A stretch of 64,000 nucleotides of DNA from an uncultured Arcobacteraceae bacterium (GTDB lineage: Bacteria > Campylobacterota > Campylobacteria > Campylobacterales > Arcobacteraceae): contig CAXHZO010000004.1 in assembly GCA_964022095.1 (NCBI GenBank), positions 71,593-135,592 on the forward strand, in the 5' to 3' direction. The notes beneath the pieces were generated by a model. It saw only the letters and a list, made by a program, of their open reading frames with translations, did not search any database and was not told the DNA's origin. Positions within the stretch are counted from its first letter, which is position 1. Each line of letters begins with the position of its first letter. A program made the position numbers and the translations under genes. Of the stretch, positions 39,947 to 48,637 are shown piece after piece.

Positions 39947-40303
39947 TTATTTATACTCTATAGTTTCTCTTAACTCTTGTTGCCATAGTGCCATTCCACC
40001 CATAAGATGTGCTGTGTGTTTATAGCCTTGTTGTACTAAAAAATCACCGATATTTCTAGTTCTATTTGCATGGGCACAAATTAATACAAAAGTTTGTTCT
40101 TTTGAAGGAACTAACTTTTCAAATTCATTCATCCACTTTTCAACATCATAATTTCCATATTCATCAAAAAATGTTAAAAGATGAACATTTTTTATAACAC
40201 CTGTTCTTCTAAATTCATCTTCTCTTCTTACATCTATCATTACTATATTATCATCAATCATTTTTTCAACAATTGAAGGTTTTAAGTCTGCTAATTGATC
40301 CAT
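39947..40303 (-). CDS. Rhodanese-like domain protein
   Basis: IDVRREDEF..TG.I, LICAHANRT and HLMGGM..W. Confidence 0.88.
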   Translation of the reverse strand: MDQLADLKPSIVEKMIDDNIVMIDVRREDEFRRTGVIKNVHLLTFFDEYGNYDVEKWMNEFEKLVPSKEQTFVLICAHANRTRNIGDFLVQQGYKHTAHLMGGMALWQQELRETIEYK

Positions 40304-40442
40304 TATTATCCTTTAGTGTAAAATTTTACCATTAATTTTTATAATTAATTCTTATATAAAAACTAAAATTTTAAATTATAATAGTCTATAAACAAACTCT
40401 TTACAAAATTTTATTATAATACAAAAAAATAGAAAGGTTTAT

Positions 40443-40805
40443 ATGATAAAAGCTTTATTTATACTGTCGTTTTCTTTTATATCACTATTTGGATTTGAAA
40501 AATTAACAGTAGATAATTTTGATGAAAAAATAAAAGACAAAAATGTAATAATAGATATTTATGCAGACTGGTGTCCTCCTTGTAAGATTGTTGCAAAGAA
40601 TTTAGAAGATTTTGATATTATAAAGCCAGATAATGTAGAAATTTTTAAAGTTGATTTTGATAAGCAAAGTGATATTGCTTTTAGATATGGAGTAAAAGGT
40701 TTACCCACTTTATTGTTTTTTAAAAATGGTGAATTAATCGATGCTCATGTAGGTGTAATATCACCAGATAAACTTTTAGAAAAATCAAATACAGATTTTA
40801 ATTAA
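40443..40805 (+). CDS. Thioredoxin-family protein with a signal peptide
   Basis: WCPPC and GLPTLLFFKNG; hydrophobic N-terminus. Confidence 0.88.
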   Translation: MIKALFILSFSFISLFGFEKLTVDNFDEKIKDKNVIIDIYADWCPPCKIVAKNLEDFDIIKPDNVEIFKVDFDKQSDIAFRYGVKGLPTLLFFKNGELIDAHVGVISPDKLLEKSNTDFN

Positions 40806-40817
40806 TTGGTGGATTTA

Positions 40818-42572
40818 ATGAAAAAAATATTTTTAATTTTACTTACAAGTATTTATGTTTTTGGCTTACAACTTAATACTTTTTTAGAACCAGATGAGGC
40901 TTTCATAACAAAGTTTGAAAAAACTGATACTCAAACAAGTTTCTCAATTAAATTGGGGAATGAAATATATTTATATGATGACAAAATAAAAGTTCTTATT
41001 ACAAAACCAGAAAAAATAGATATCACTGAGGATATAAATATACCTGAACCTGTAGCTTATGAAGAGTTTATTGTTCAGTTTAGTGATTTAAATATTGTAA
41101 TTCCAAATTCATTATTACAATCAAAAATATCTTCAAAAGAGTACGAATTAGAAGTTAAATTCCAAGGATGTTCAAAAGCCGGACTTTGTTATGCTCCAAT
41201 GAGTAAGAAAACTACAGTTACTTTAGGAAGTAATACTTCTTCTAATACAATTATTAGTGATGTAAAAGAAGAACAAAAACAAGAAGTACAAAAAAGTGAA
41301 AATATAAACGAAACAGACTCAATTGCAAATACATTAAAAGATGGGTCTATTATTTTAGTTTTAGCTACATTCTTTGGCTTTGGATTATTACTTGCTTTAA
41401 CTCCTTGTGTTTTCCCTATGATTCCAATTTTATCTTCAATTATTGTAAAAGCTGGCTCAAATGAGCAAATGAGTGCATCAAAAGGATTCTTATTATCACT
41501 TGTTTATGTATTAGCTATGAGTTTAGCATATACAATTGCTGGAGTAATTGCAGGATTATTTGGAGCAAATTTACAAGCAGCATTACAAAACCCTTGGGTA
41601 CTTAGTGTTTTTGCAGCTATATTTGTAGCATTGGCTTTTTCTATGTTTGGATATTACCAAATAGAATTACCTCAAAGTGTTCAAGCTAAAATCAATAAAA
41701 CAACAGATGGAAAAGAAAAACAAGGAATCTTTGGAATTGCAATTATGGGATTCTTATCAGCACTTATAGTTGGTCCTTGTGTTGCTCCTCCACTTGCTGG
41801 GGCACTTGTTTATATTGGTCAAACAGGTGATGCTGTTTTAGGTGGCCTTGCGCTATTTGTTATGAGTTTAGGTATGGGTGTTCCATTACTTCTTATTGGA
41901 ATTGGAGCAGGTAAGTTTATGCCAAAACCAGGTGGTTGGATGGAAAATGTAACTAAAATCTTTGGAATTGTAATGCTTGCAGTTGCTATTTGGTTACTTG
42001 ATAGAGTTTTAAATCCAAGTATTACTATGACTTTATGGTCATTACTATTTATTGGAACGGCAGTTTATTTAAAAATATATGAACATATTTTAATAAAAGT
42101 AATATCAATTGTATCACTTATTTTAGGTGCAACTTTATTAGTAGGAGCAATTAGTGGAGCTACTAATCCTTTAAATCCATTAGAAAAGTTTACTTCTGGA
42201 AAAATTGCTGATAGTAAAAAACTAGAGTTTACAAAAATTAAAAATATAGCTCAGTTAGAAGATGCAATTAAAAAATCAACAAAGCCAGTAATGTTAGACT
42301 TTTGGGCTACTTGGTGTGTATCTTGTAAAGAGTTAGATAATATCACTTTTAAAGATGAAAGAGTTTTAAAAGTATTAGAAAAATTCACTTTATTAAAAGC
42401 TGATGTAACAGACAATACTGATGATGATAAAGCACTTCAATCTAAATTTGGAGTTGTAGGACCTCCTGCTCTTGTGTTTTTTGATACAAATAACAATGAG
42501 ATAAAATCTGCAAAAATTGTAGGTTATAAAAACCCTGAACAATTCTTAGAAATCATTAACAAAAACTTTTAA
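40818..42572 (+). CDS. dsbD: Thiol:disulfide interchange protein DsbD
   Basis: Alpha domain QGCSKAGLCY, beta domain LTPCVFPM and GPCVAPP, gamma domain WCVSC. ATG at 40818 gives a normal signal peptide. Confidence 0.95.
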   Translation: MKKIFLILLTSIYVFGLQLNTFLEPDEAFITKFEKTDTQTSFSIKLGNEIYLYDDKIKVLITKPEKIDITEDINIPEPVAYEEFIVQFSDLNIVIPNSLLQSKISSKEYELEVKFQGCSKAGLCYAPMSKKTTVTLGSNTSSNTIISDVKEEQKQEVQKSENINETDSIANTLKDGSIILVLATFFGFGLLLALTPCVFPMIPILSSIIVKAGSNEQMSASKGFLLSLVYVLAMSLAYTIAGVIAGLFGANLQAALQNPWVLSVFAAIFVALAFSMFGYYQIELPQSVQAKINKTTDGKEKQGIFGIAIMGFLSALIVGPCVAPPLAGALVYIGQTGDAVLGGLALFVMSLGMGVPLLLIGIGAGKFMPKPGGWMENVTKIFGIVMLAVAIWLLDRVLNPSITMTLWSLLFIGTAVYLKIYEHILIKVISIVSLILGATLLVGAISGATNPLNPLEKFTSGKIADSKKLEFTKIKNIAQLEDAIKKSTKPVMLDFWATWCVSCKELDNITFKDERVLKVLEKFTLLKADVTDNTDDDKALQSKFGVVGPPALVFFDTNNNEIKSAKIVGYKNPEQFLEIINKNF

Positions 42573-42594
42573 AAAGGGATTCACTCCCTTTTTT
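42571..42594 (+). terminator. Intrinsic terminator after dsbD
   Basis: AAAAAGGGA-TTCAC-TCCCTTTTTT. Confidence 0.7.
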
Positions 42595-42678
42595 ATTCAA
42601 TATAAATTAAATACTTTATAAATAATATATTAGATATACTTTTTCAAAATTAAGATTATAAGTTTATAGGATAACTCT

Positions 42679-43278
42679 ATGGAAGTATTTATTTCAACAT
42701 TTTTAAAAATGTTTTTTATTATGACACCATTTTTTGTATTATCTGTTTTTTTAACAGTTACTCATGATGCTTCATCTCATGATAGAAAAGCACTAGCAAT
42801 AAAAGTTACTACTTCTGTTATTGTAATGAGTTTGGTTTTAGTGTTTTTTGGTAAACATATTTTTGATATATTTGGAATTACTTTAGATGCTTTTAGAATA
42901 GGTGCTGGAGCTTTACTTTTTTTATCTGCTATTGAGTTAGTAAGAGGTAGTAAAGATACTTCTAAAGTTGGAGATAAAGATATCTTGCAATTAGCCGTTG
43001 TTCCTTTAGCTATTCCTGTAACAGTAGGTCCTGGAACTATTGGTATCTTACTTGTAATGGGTGCAAATTTTGAAAATACATCTTCTATGTTAATGGGTAG
43101 CTTAGCTTTAGTTTGTGCAATTTTAGTAATAGGTTTAATGCTTTATACTTCAAATATAATTGAAAGAATTGTAGGTAAACAAGGTTTGCTTATCATTTCA
43201 AAGATTACGGGACTTTTTTTAGCAGCACTTTCGGCACAAATTGTATTTACTGGAATTAAAAACTTCTTAGAATTATAA
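42679..43278 (+). CDS. MarC family membrane protein
   Basis: FGITLDAFRIGAG, AVVPLAIPVTVGPG and KITGLFLAAL. Confidence 0.92.
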   Translation: MEVFISTFLKMFFIMTPFFVLSVFLTVTHDASSHDRKALAIKVTTSVIVMSLVLVFFGKHIFDIFGITLDAFRIGAGALLFLSAIELVRGSKDTSKVGDKDILQLAVVPLAIPVTVGPGTIGILLVMGANFENTSSMLMGSLALVCAILVIGLMLYTSNIIERIVGKQGLLIISKITGLFLAALSAQIVFTGIKNFLEL

Positions 43279-43296
43279 GGAGATGATTATATTTTT

Positions 43297-44301
43297 ATGA
43301 AAATGTTTGAATATAAAAAACAGCTTGCAAAAGATTTAAATTGTGATATTAATGAACTAATTGATTTCTCATCTAGTATAAACTTTTTAAAACCAAATAT
43401 AAATATTGATTTTAATTCTTTAGATACTTCAGTTTCTCCAAATTATGAAAAACTAAATAAAAAAATATCAAATAACTATAATTTAAATATTAATCAGTTT
43501 GAACTTTTTAATGGCCATAGTAGTTCTATTTTTGCTTTATTTAAATACTTGAATTTAACCCATTGTACATTATACTCTCCTATAAATATGAAATACAAAA
43601 AAGCTTGCATAAACTTTGGATATCAATTAAGAACAATAAATAGATTTGAAGATATTTATTTGCCAGTAAAAGCTGATAGTTTAATTGTGTTTCTAAACCC
43701 TTCCTTTCCAGATGGTAAATACTATGATATGGAAAAACTTATTGCTTACTGGAAAGAACAAAATTGTACTATCTTAATAGATGAAAGTTTTTTGCCTTTT
43801 TGTGAGGGTGAATCTTGTATAAAGTATTTAAACAATTATGAGAAAATATATATTTTAAAATCATTAACAAAGTTTTATGGAAGTGATGGAGTTAATGTTA
43901 GTTTATTAATTTCAACTATACAAAATATTGAAAAACTTAAAAGATTTGAAACTTCATGGAAAATATCTATTTTTGATGTAAACTATTTGCAATCAGCTTT
44001 TGAAGATAGAAGTTTTAAAAGTATCTCAAAAGCTATAAATTTAAAAAATAAAATAGAGCTAGAAAAGATTTTAAAAAGTAGTAATTTAGTGGATGAAGTA
44101 TTTGATTCAAATGTAAATTATTTTTTAATAAAACTAAAGAATATAACTGCAAAAGAGTTTCAAGAAAAATTAAAGACATTTAAAATACTTGTTGAAAATT
44201 GTAGTGATTTTGATTTTCTAGATGAAAATTATATGAAAATATCAGTAAAAGATTCAAAATCAAACAAGACATTAAAAGAGGCTTTTGAAAAGATATGTTA
44301 G
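43297..44301 (+). CDS. PLP class I/II aminotransferase-fold protein, CobD-like, possibly degenerate
   Basis: IDFSSSIN, NPSFPDG, IDESF and SLTKFYG; cobQ is nearby. Confidence 0.75.
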   Translation: MKMFEYKKQLAKDLNCDINELIDFSSSINFLKPNINIDFNSLDTSVSPNYEKLNKKISNNYNLNINQFELFNGHSSSIFALFKYLNLTHCTLYSPINMKYKKACINFGYQLRTINRFEDIYLPVKADSLIVFLNPSFPDGKYYDMEKLIAYWKEQNCTILIDESFLPFCEGESCIKYLNNYEKIYILKSLTKFYGSDGVNVSLLISTIQNIEKLKRFETSWKISIFDVNYLQSAFEDRSFKSISKAINLKNKIELEKILKSSNLVDEVFDSNVNYFLIKLKNITAKEFQEKLKTFKILVENCSDFDFLDENYMKISVKDSKSNKTLKEAFEKIC

Positions 44302-44900
44302 TTGATAATAAATATTTAAAATACTTTTCTTTTATAATTTCAATAATATTTATTGCATATCTTTTTTATATGATTATTACATCTTTTTTTATTGTAAAAA
44401 ATCAGTTTATTGATATTGGTGATTTAACTTATGTAAACCAAGTAAGAACTGATGATTATACAAAAAAACTTGCTAATCATTTAACAAAAAATTGTCAAGG
44501 TAATATTACTTGTGAAATTCAATCAATGTTGGATTTTGTGACAGCAATTCCTTATAAAATCAATGAGTCTGTTGCAAGAAGTTCAAAGCAAGTTGTTGAG
44601 CAAAATTTTGGAGATTGTGATGATAAATCTAATCTTCTTATTTCTATGTTAAAAGTAAAAAATTATGAAGCATTTTTTGTACTAGTTCCTAAGCACATAT
44701 TTGTAATTGTTCATATGAGTAAAGAACTTAAGAATAAAAAAGCCTTATTTGTAAATGGGAAGCCATATTATATATTGGAAAGTACAGCCAAAGGTTCAAG
44801 TATAGGATTTAGATTAAAATATAGGTTTGATGAGATTGAAGCTATTATTGATCCTTTTAAAAATAAGAAACTACTAGTAAATAGTTTAGAGTATAAATAA
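44295..44900 (+). CDS. Membrane-anchored transglutaminase-like protein
   Basis: N-terminal TM segment; GDCDDK, KHIFV and ILEST give a candidate catalytic triad. Confidence 0.78.
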   Translation: MLVDNKYLKYFSFIISIIFIAYLFYMIITSFFIVKNQFIDIGDLTYVNQVRTDDYTKKLANHLTKNCQGNITCEIQSMLDFVTAIPYKINESVARSSKQVVEQNFGDCDDKSNLLISMLKVKNYEAFFVLVPKHIFVIVHMSKELKNKKALFVNGKPYYILESTAKGSSIGFRLKYRFDEIEAIIDPFKNKKLLVNSLEYK

Positions 44901-44910
44901 AAGGATTTAA

Positions 44911-45285
44911 ATGTCTTTAATAAGTTTAGATTTTAGTGAAATTATAGATGGAAAAGTTCAAAATAAGAAAGTAGAGTTTTCCTGTTTTTTATTAAAAAAA
45001 CCATATAACTTAGAATCTTTATTTGTAACAAAAGTTGATGGTAAATCTATGGAACCAGTTATTAGTGATAAGGGTTTAGTAGTTTCAGATTTATCACAAA
45101 ATGTATTTGAAAATAATCAAATATTTTTAGTATATTATGAAAATAAAATGTGGATTAAACAATCAAAAATTATAGATGATAAAGAGTACTTTGTATCTAT
45201 TAACAAAGATTTTTCTCATCTTATTTATGAAAAAGATGAAGTGAGAGTTATTGCTAAAGTATTATTGACATTTAGAAATTTTTAA
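44911..45285 (+). CDS. Stand-alone S24 peptidase-like domain protein
   Basis: VDGKSMEPVI (Ser), WIKQ (Lys), LVYY, SIN and VIAKV. Confidence 0.78.
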   Translation: MSLISLDFSEIIDGKVQNKKVEFSCFLLKKPYNLESLFVTKVDGKSMEPVISDKGLVVSDLSQNVFENNQIFLVYYENKMWIKQSKIIDDKEYFVSINKDFSHLIYEKDEVRVIAKVLLTFRNF

Positions 45286-45291
45286 AACATT

Positions 45292-46665
45292 CTAGCTTTG
45301 ATTAATAGGTATTATAACACTAAATAAAGCGCCATTTTGTGTATTTGATACTCTTATATCACCATTAAAGCTTTTTTTGATAAGTTCATATGAAATGAAA
45401 AGTCCTAATCCCGTACCTTGACTTTGATGCTTAGTTGTAAAATAGATATCAAATACTTTATCTAAGTTAAAGTTCTCTATTCCTCCTGCATTATCTTCAA
45501 TCTCAATTTTTATAAAATTTGATTCTCTGAAAATATTTATACTAATCCATTTATTTTTGATTTTTCTACTTATTAAAAAATCTTTAGAATTTGATAATAT
45601 ATTTAATAATACTTGAGTTAAATCAGAAGAATTACCAGTAAGTAAAATATCACCACTACCATACTTCTTTTGTATATTGATTTCATGATATTTAAATGTA
45701 GACTCTAAAATACTAAGAACTTTATCAATTTCTCTAAGGACTAGTAGTTGCTCTTTTTTTGTATCTTGTTTTAAAAAGTCTATAAAGTTATCAATAGTAG
45801 CTGATAACTTCGAAGTTTTTTTTATGATGCTATCTAATTTCTCTATGGTTTGTTTATCATGATTATCAGATAACTCTTTTTCAAGTTTTATACCACTAGC
45901 AATTGTAGATATAACTGATAGTGGTTGTCTCCACTGATGGGCTATATTTGTAATCATTTCAGTCATCTGCGAAATATGAAATTGATGCTCTAATAGTTTA
46001 TCTTTTTTTGAGTTCTCTATTATTGCAAACTCTATTTTATCTTGTAAAGTTTTATTTAACTCTTTTAACTCTTTTTCTTTTCTATTGGCTTTTCTTATTG
46101 ATGGAATAACAATTATTAAAGCTTCTAATATTAATGTAAGAAGTGTACCTATGAGTATAAATTCTTCTTTTTTTAGAAGCTCTTGTGTTCTTTTATTACT
46201 CTCTTGCTCAAAAAGTGATACAGCATCATTTAATTTTGGTAGTAATTCAAAAGAAGTATTTTCAATCTTTTTGAGAAGTTTGAAATCTAAGGTTTTATAA
46301 AAAAGTGATAATAACTCTAAGTAATTTTTTACTAGTTTATTTAAGTTTATAGGTTCTTTAAAATATATAGTTTTAGATTCATGTGATTTTAAATTTTTTA
46401 TTATAAAGGTGTGATCTTTTCTCATTAGATCAATTAATTCTTTTAGATGTATTTTTAGCTTTTGATCTTTTGATTCATAGAATCTTTTTGCAATTAAAGT
46501 TGTTTTTTGTGAAAGCATTCTTTGTTTACCACTAAGATTGATTATTTTAGCATAGTTTTTTTGGCTATTTATTTGTGCACTCATTGTGAAGTATGCAAAA
46601 AAACTCCAAGTTGCTAAGGAAGCAAAAACAATGATATAGATATATTTTAATTCAACAATTTTCAT
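45292..46665 (-). CDS. Sensor histidine kinase with a NarX/PilJ-like periplasmic domain
   Basis: IINLSGKQRMLSQK after TM1; IAHQWRQPL, DNAGGI and GTGLGL. Confidence 0.88.
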   Translation of the reverse strand: MKIVELKYIYIIVFASLATWSFFAYFTMSAQINSQKNYAKIINLSGKQRMLSQKTTLIAKRFYESKDQKLKIHLKELIDLMRKDHTFIIKNLKSHESKTIYFKEPINLNKLVKNYLELLSLFYKTLDFKLLKKIENTSFELLPKLNDAVSLFEQESNKRTQELLKKEEFILIGTLLTLILEALIIVIPSIRKANRKEKELKELNKTLQDKIEFAIIENSKKDKLLEHQFHISQMTEMITNIAHQWRQPLSVISTIASGIKLEKELSDNHDKQTIEKLDSIIKKTSKLSATIDNFIDFLKQDTKKEQLLVLREIDKVLSILESTFKYHEINIQKKYGSGDILLTGNSSDLTQVLLNILSNSKDFLISRKIKNKWISINIFRESNFIKIEIEDNAGGIENFNLDKVFDIYFTTKHQSQGTGLGLFISYELIKKSFNGDIRVSNTQNGALFSVIIPINQS

Positions 46666-46791
46666 AATTTTTCTTTACTTTAAGTAATTATTCTTATACT
46701 TACTGCTTAATTATATCTATAAAATACGAAAAAATAAAATTTTTATTGTGTATGTAGTATTAAAATAATAAATTTATAAAAAGTAATAAGT

Positions 46792-48192
46792 TTGAATAAA
46801 ATAAAAAATATATCTATTTTTGGCACAAGTAGTGATGCTGGAAAATCAACAATAACTTTTGTGATTGCAAAAATATTGCAAAATAATGGCTATAAAACAA
46901 TTCCTTTTAAAGCACAAAATGTCTCAAATAACTCCCATGTGTGTGATGATAATAGTGAAATAGCTATTGCTCAATACTTCCAAAGTGAAGTTTTGGATGA
47001 AAAAACATCATATCATTTAAATCCAATATTATTAAAATCTGGTCGTGGAAACAGTGCTTCTTTAATAGTTGAAGGAAAAGTTGTTAGTGATAAAAATGTA
47101 AGAGAGTATTATAGAGATTTAGATTTATTAAAACCTTGCGTTAAAAGATGTTTTGAGTATCTTGATAGTAAGTATGATTGTGTAGTATGTGAAGGTGCAG
47201 GAAGTCCAGTTGAACTTAATTTAATGGATAAAGACTTATCAAATATCTTTATTGCAGATACTTATGATACTAAAATTATATTAGTTGCTGATATTGAAAA
47301 AGGAGGGGTATTTGCTTCTATTTGGGGTGTTTACAATTTATTACCAAAGAAACTACGTGATAATGTCGTAGGTGTTATTGTAAATAAGTTTAGAGGGGAT
47401 ATGAGTTTATTTGATGAGGGTGTTAGAATAATACAAGAGGATTTTAAAATCCCAGTTTTAGGAGTACTTCCCTATGAGCCTTTTAATTTAGGATTTGAAG
47501 ATAGCGCTAGTTTACAAAATTTTGTTCAAAACAAAAATGAATTTAAAATAAGAGTAGGAATAATAGCATATCCTCATATGAGTAATTACAATGACTTTGA
47601 AGTATTAATAGCAGATAGTGAAATAATGCTTGAGTTTATTAGTTCAAATATTTCACTAGATAAATTTGATGTGATAATTCTTCCAGGAAGTAAATTAGTA
47701 ATAAAAGACTTACAGTGGTTAAAACAAAATGGATTATTTGAACAGATTAGTAATTATGGTAAAAATATATTTGCTATTTGTGGTGGATATGAAATGATGT
47801 TTGAAAAACTTGATGATAGTTCTTGTGTAGAAAATATAGAGCCAATTGTTGAAGATGGATTTGGAATGATTTCTGATGAAATTGTATTTAAAAAAGATAA
47901 AATACTAGAAAAAAAGAGATATAAGCTCTTTGGTTATACATTAAATGGCTTTGAAATACATCAAGGAGTTTCTAAAAAAGATATAATCTATTTTGAAAAA
48001 TATAATTTTAAAGGTACATTTGTACATGAAATATTTAATGACAACTCTTTTAGAAGTGATTATTTTAAAACAATAAATAAACATTATGAAGGTTTTGATT
48101 TTAAAGAGTATAAAAAAAATACAATAGATGATTTTGTTAATAAAATGGAAAAAAGAATAGATGTTAAAACATTAATGTCTAGTATAAAATAA
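46792..48192 (+). CDS. cobQ: Cobyric acid synthase
   Basis: GTSSDAGKS, PFKAQNVSNN, EGAGSPVELNL, DIEKGGVFA, LPGSK, ICGGYEM and GFEIH. Confidence 0.95.
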   Translation: MNKIKNISIFGTSSDAGKSTITFVIAKILQNNGYKTIPFKAQNVSNNSHVCDDNSEIAIAQYFQSEVLDEKTSYHLNPILLKSGRGNSASLIVEGKVVSDKNVREYYRDLDLLKPCVKRCFEYLDSKYDCVVCEGAGSPVELNLMDKDLSNIFIADTYDTKIILVADIEKGGVFASIWGVYNLLPKKLRDNVVGVIVNKFRGDMSLFDEGVRIIQEDFKIPVLGVLPYEPFNLGFEDSASLQNFVQNKNEFKIRVGIIAYPHMSNYNDFEVLIADSEIMLEFISSNISLDKFDVIILPGSKLVIKDLQWLKQNGLFEQISNYGKNIFAICGGYEMMFEKLDDSSCVENIEPIVEDGFGMISDEIVFKKDKILEKKRYKLFGYTLNGFEIHQGVSKKDIIYFEKYNFKGTFVHEIFNDNSFRSDYFKTINKHYEGFDFKEYKKNTIDDFVNKMEKRIDVKTLMSSIK

Positions 48193-48204
48193 AAGGAGAA
48201 ATAA

Positions 48205-48633
48205 TTGACTTATAATGAATGGTTTGAAAAGCAAGGTAAACTTCATGCTAACGTAATGAAGAAACTTGAAGATAAAACAGTTGATGAGGTAATACAGTAT
48301 TTTAGATTTGATAATATGGTAAAAAATGAACCAGATTTTTGTCCATTGTATAAAGACAATAAAAAATGTCATGACTATGAGGATTTAAACTGTTATTTAT
48401 GTGCCTGTCCAAACTTTAGGTTTAAAGATGAAGGCTTTGAAATAACTGATGATGGAAAAACTTTATACTCAACTTGTAGTATAAATTCAAAAGATGGAGA
48501 CCAATTTATAGGTGAAGATTATATTCACCAAAACTGTTCTGGATGTATTGTTCCACATCGAGAAAAATATATTAAAAAGAATTTTTCAAGAAGCTGGTTT
48601 GAGGTTATGAGTAATGTTAGATGTGACAAGTAA
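48205..48633 (+). CDS. Cysteine-rich small domain protein
   Basis: FCPLY...CH...LNCYLCACP and NCSGCIVPH; TTG start with SD AGGAG. Confidence 0.75.
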   Translation: MTYNEWFEKQGKLHANVMKKLEDKTVDEVIQYFRFDNMVKNEPDFCPLYKDNKKCHDYEDLNCYLCACPNFRFKDEGFEITDDGKTLYSTCSINSKDGDQFIGEDYIHQNCSGCIVPHREKYIKKNFSRSWFEVMSNVRCDK

Positions 48634-48637
48634 AAAT

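Noticed and set aside
46666-46791. Cobalamin riboswitch upstream of cobQ
   Set aside because: The region is almost pure AT with no B12-box or GC-rich stems.
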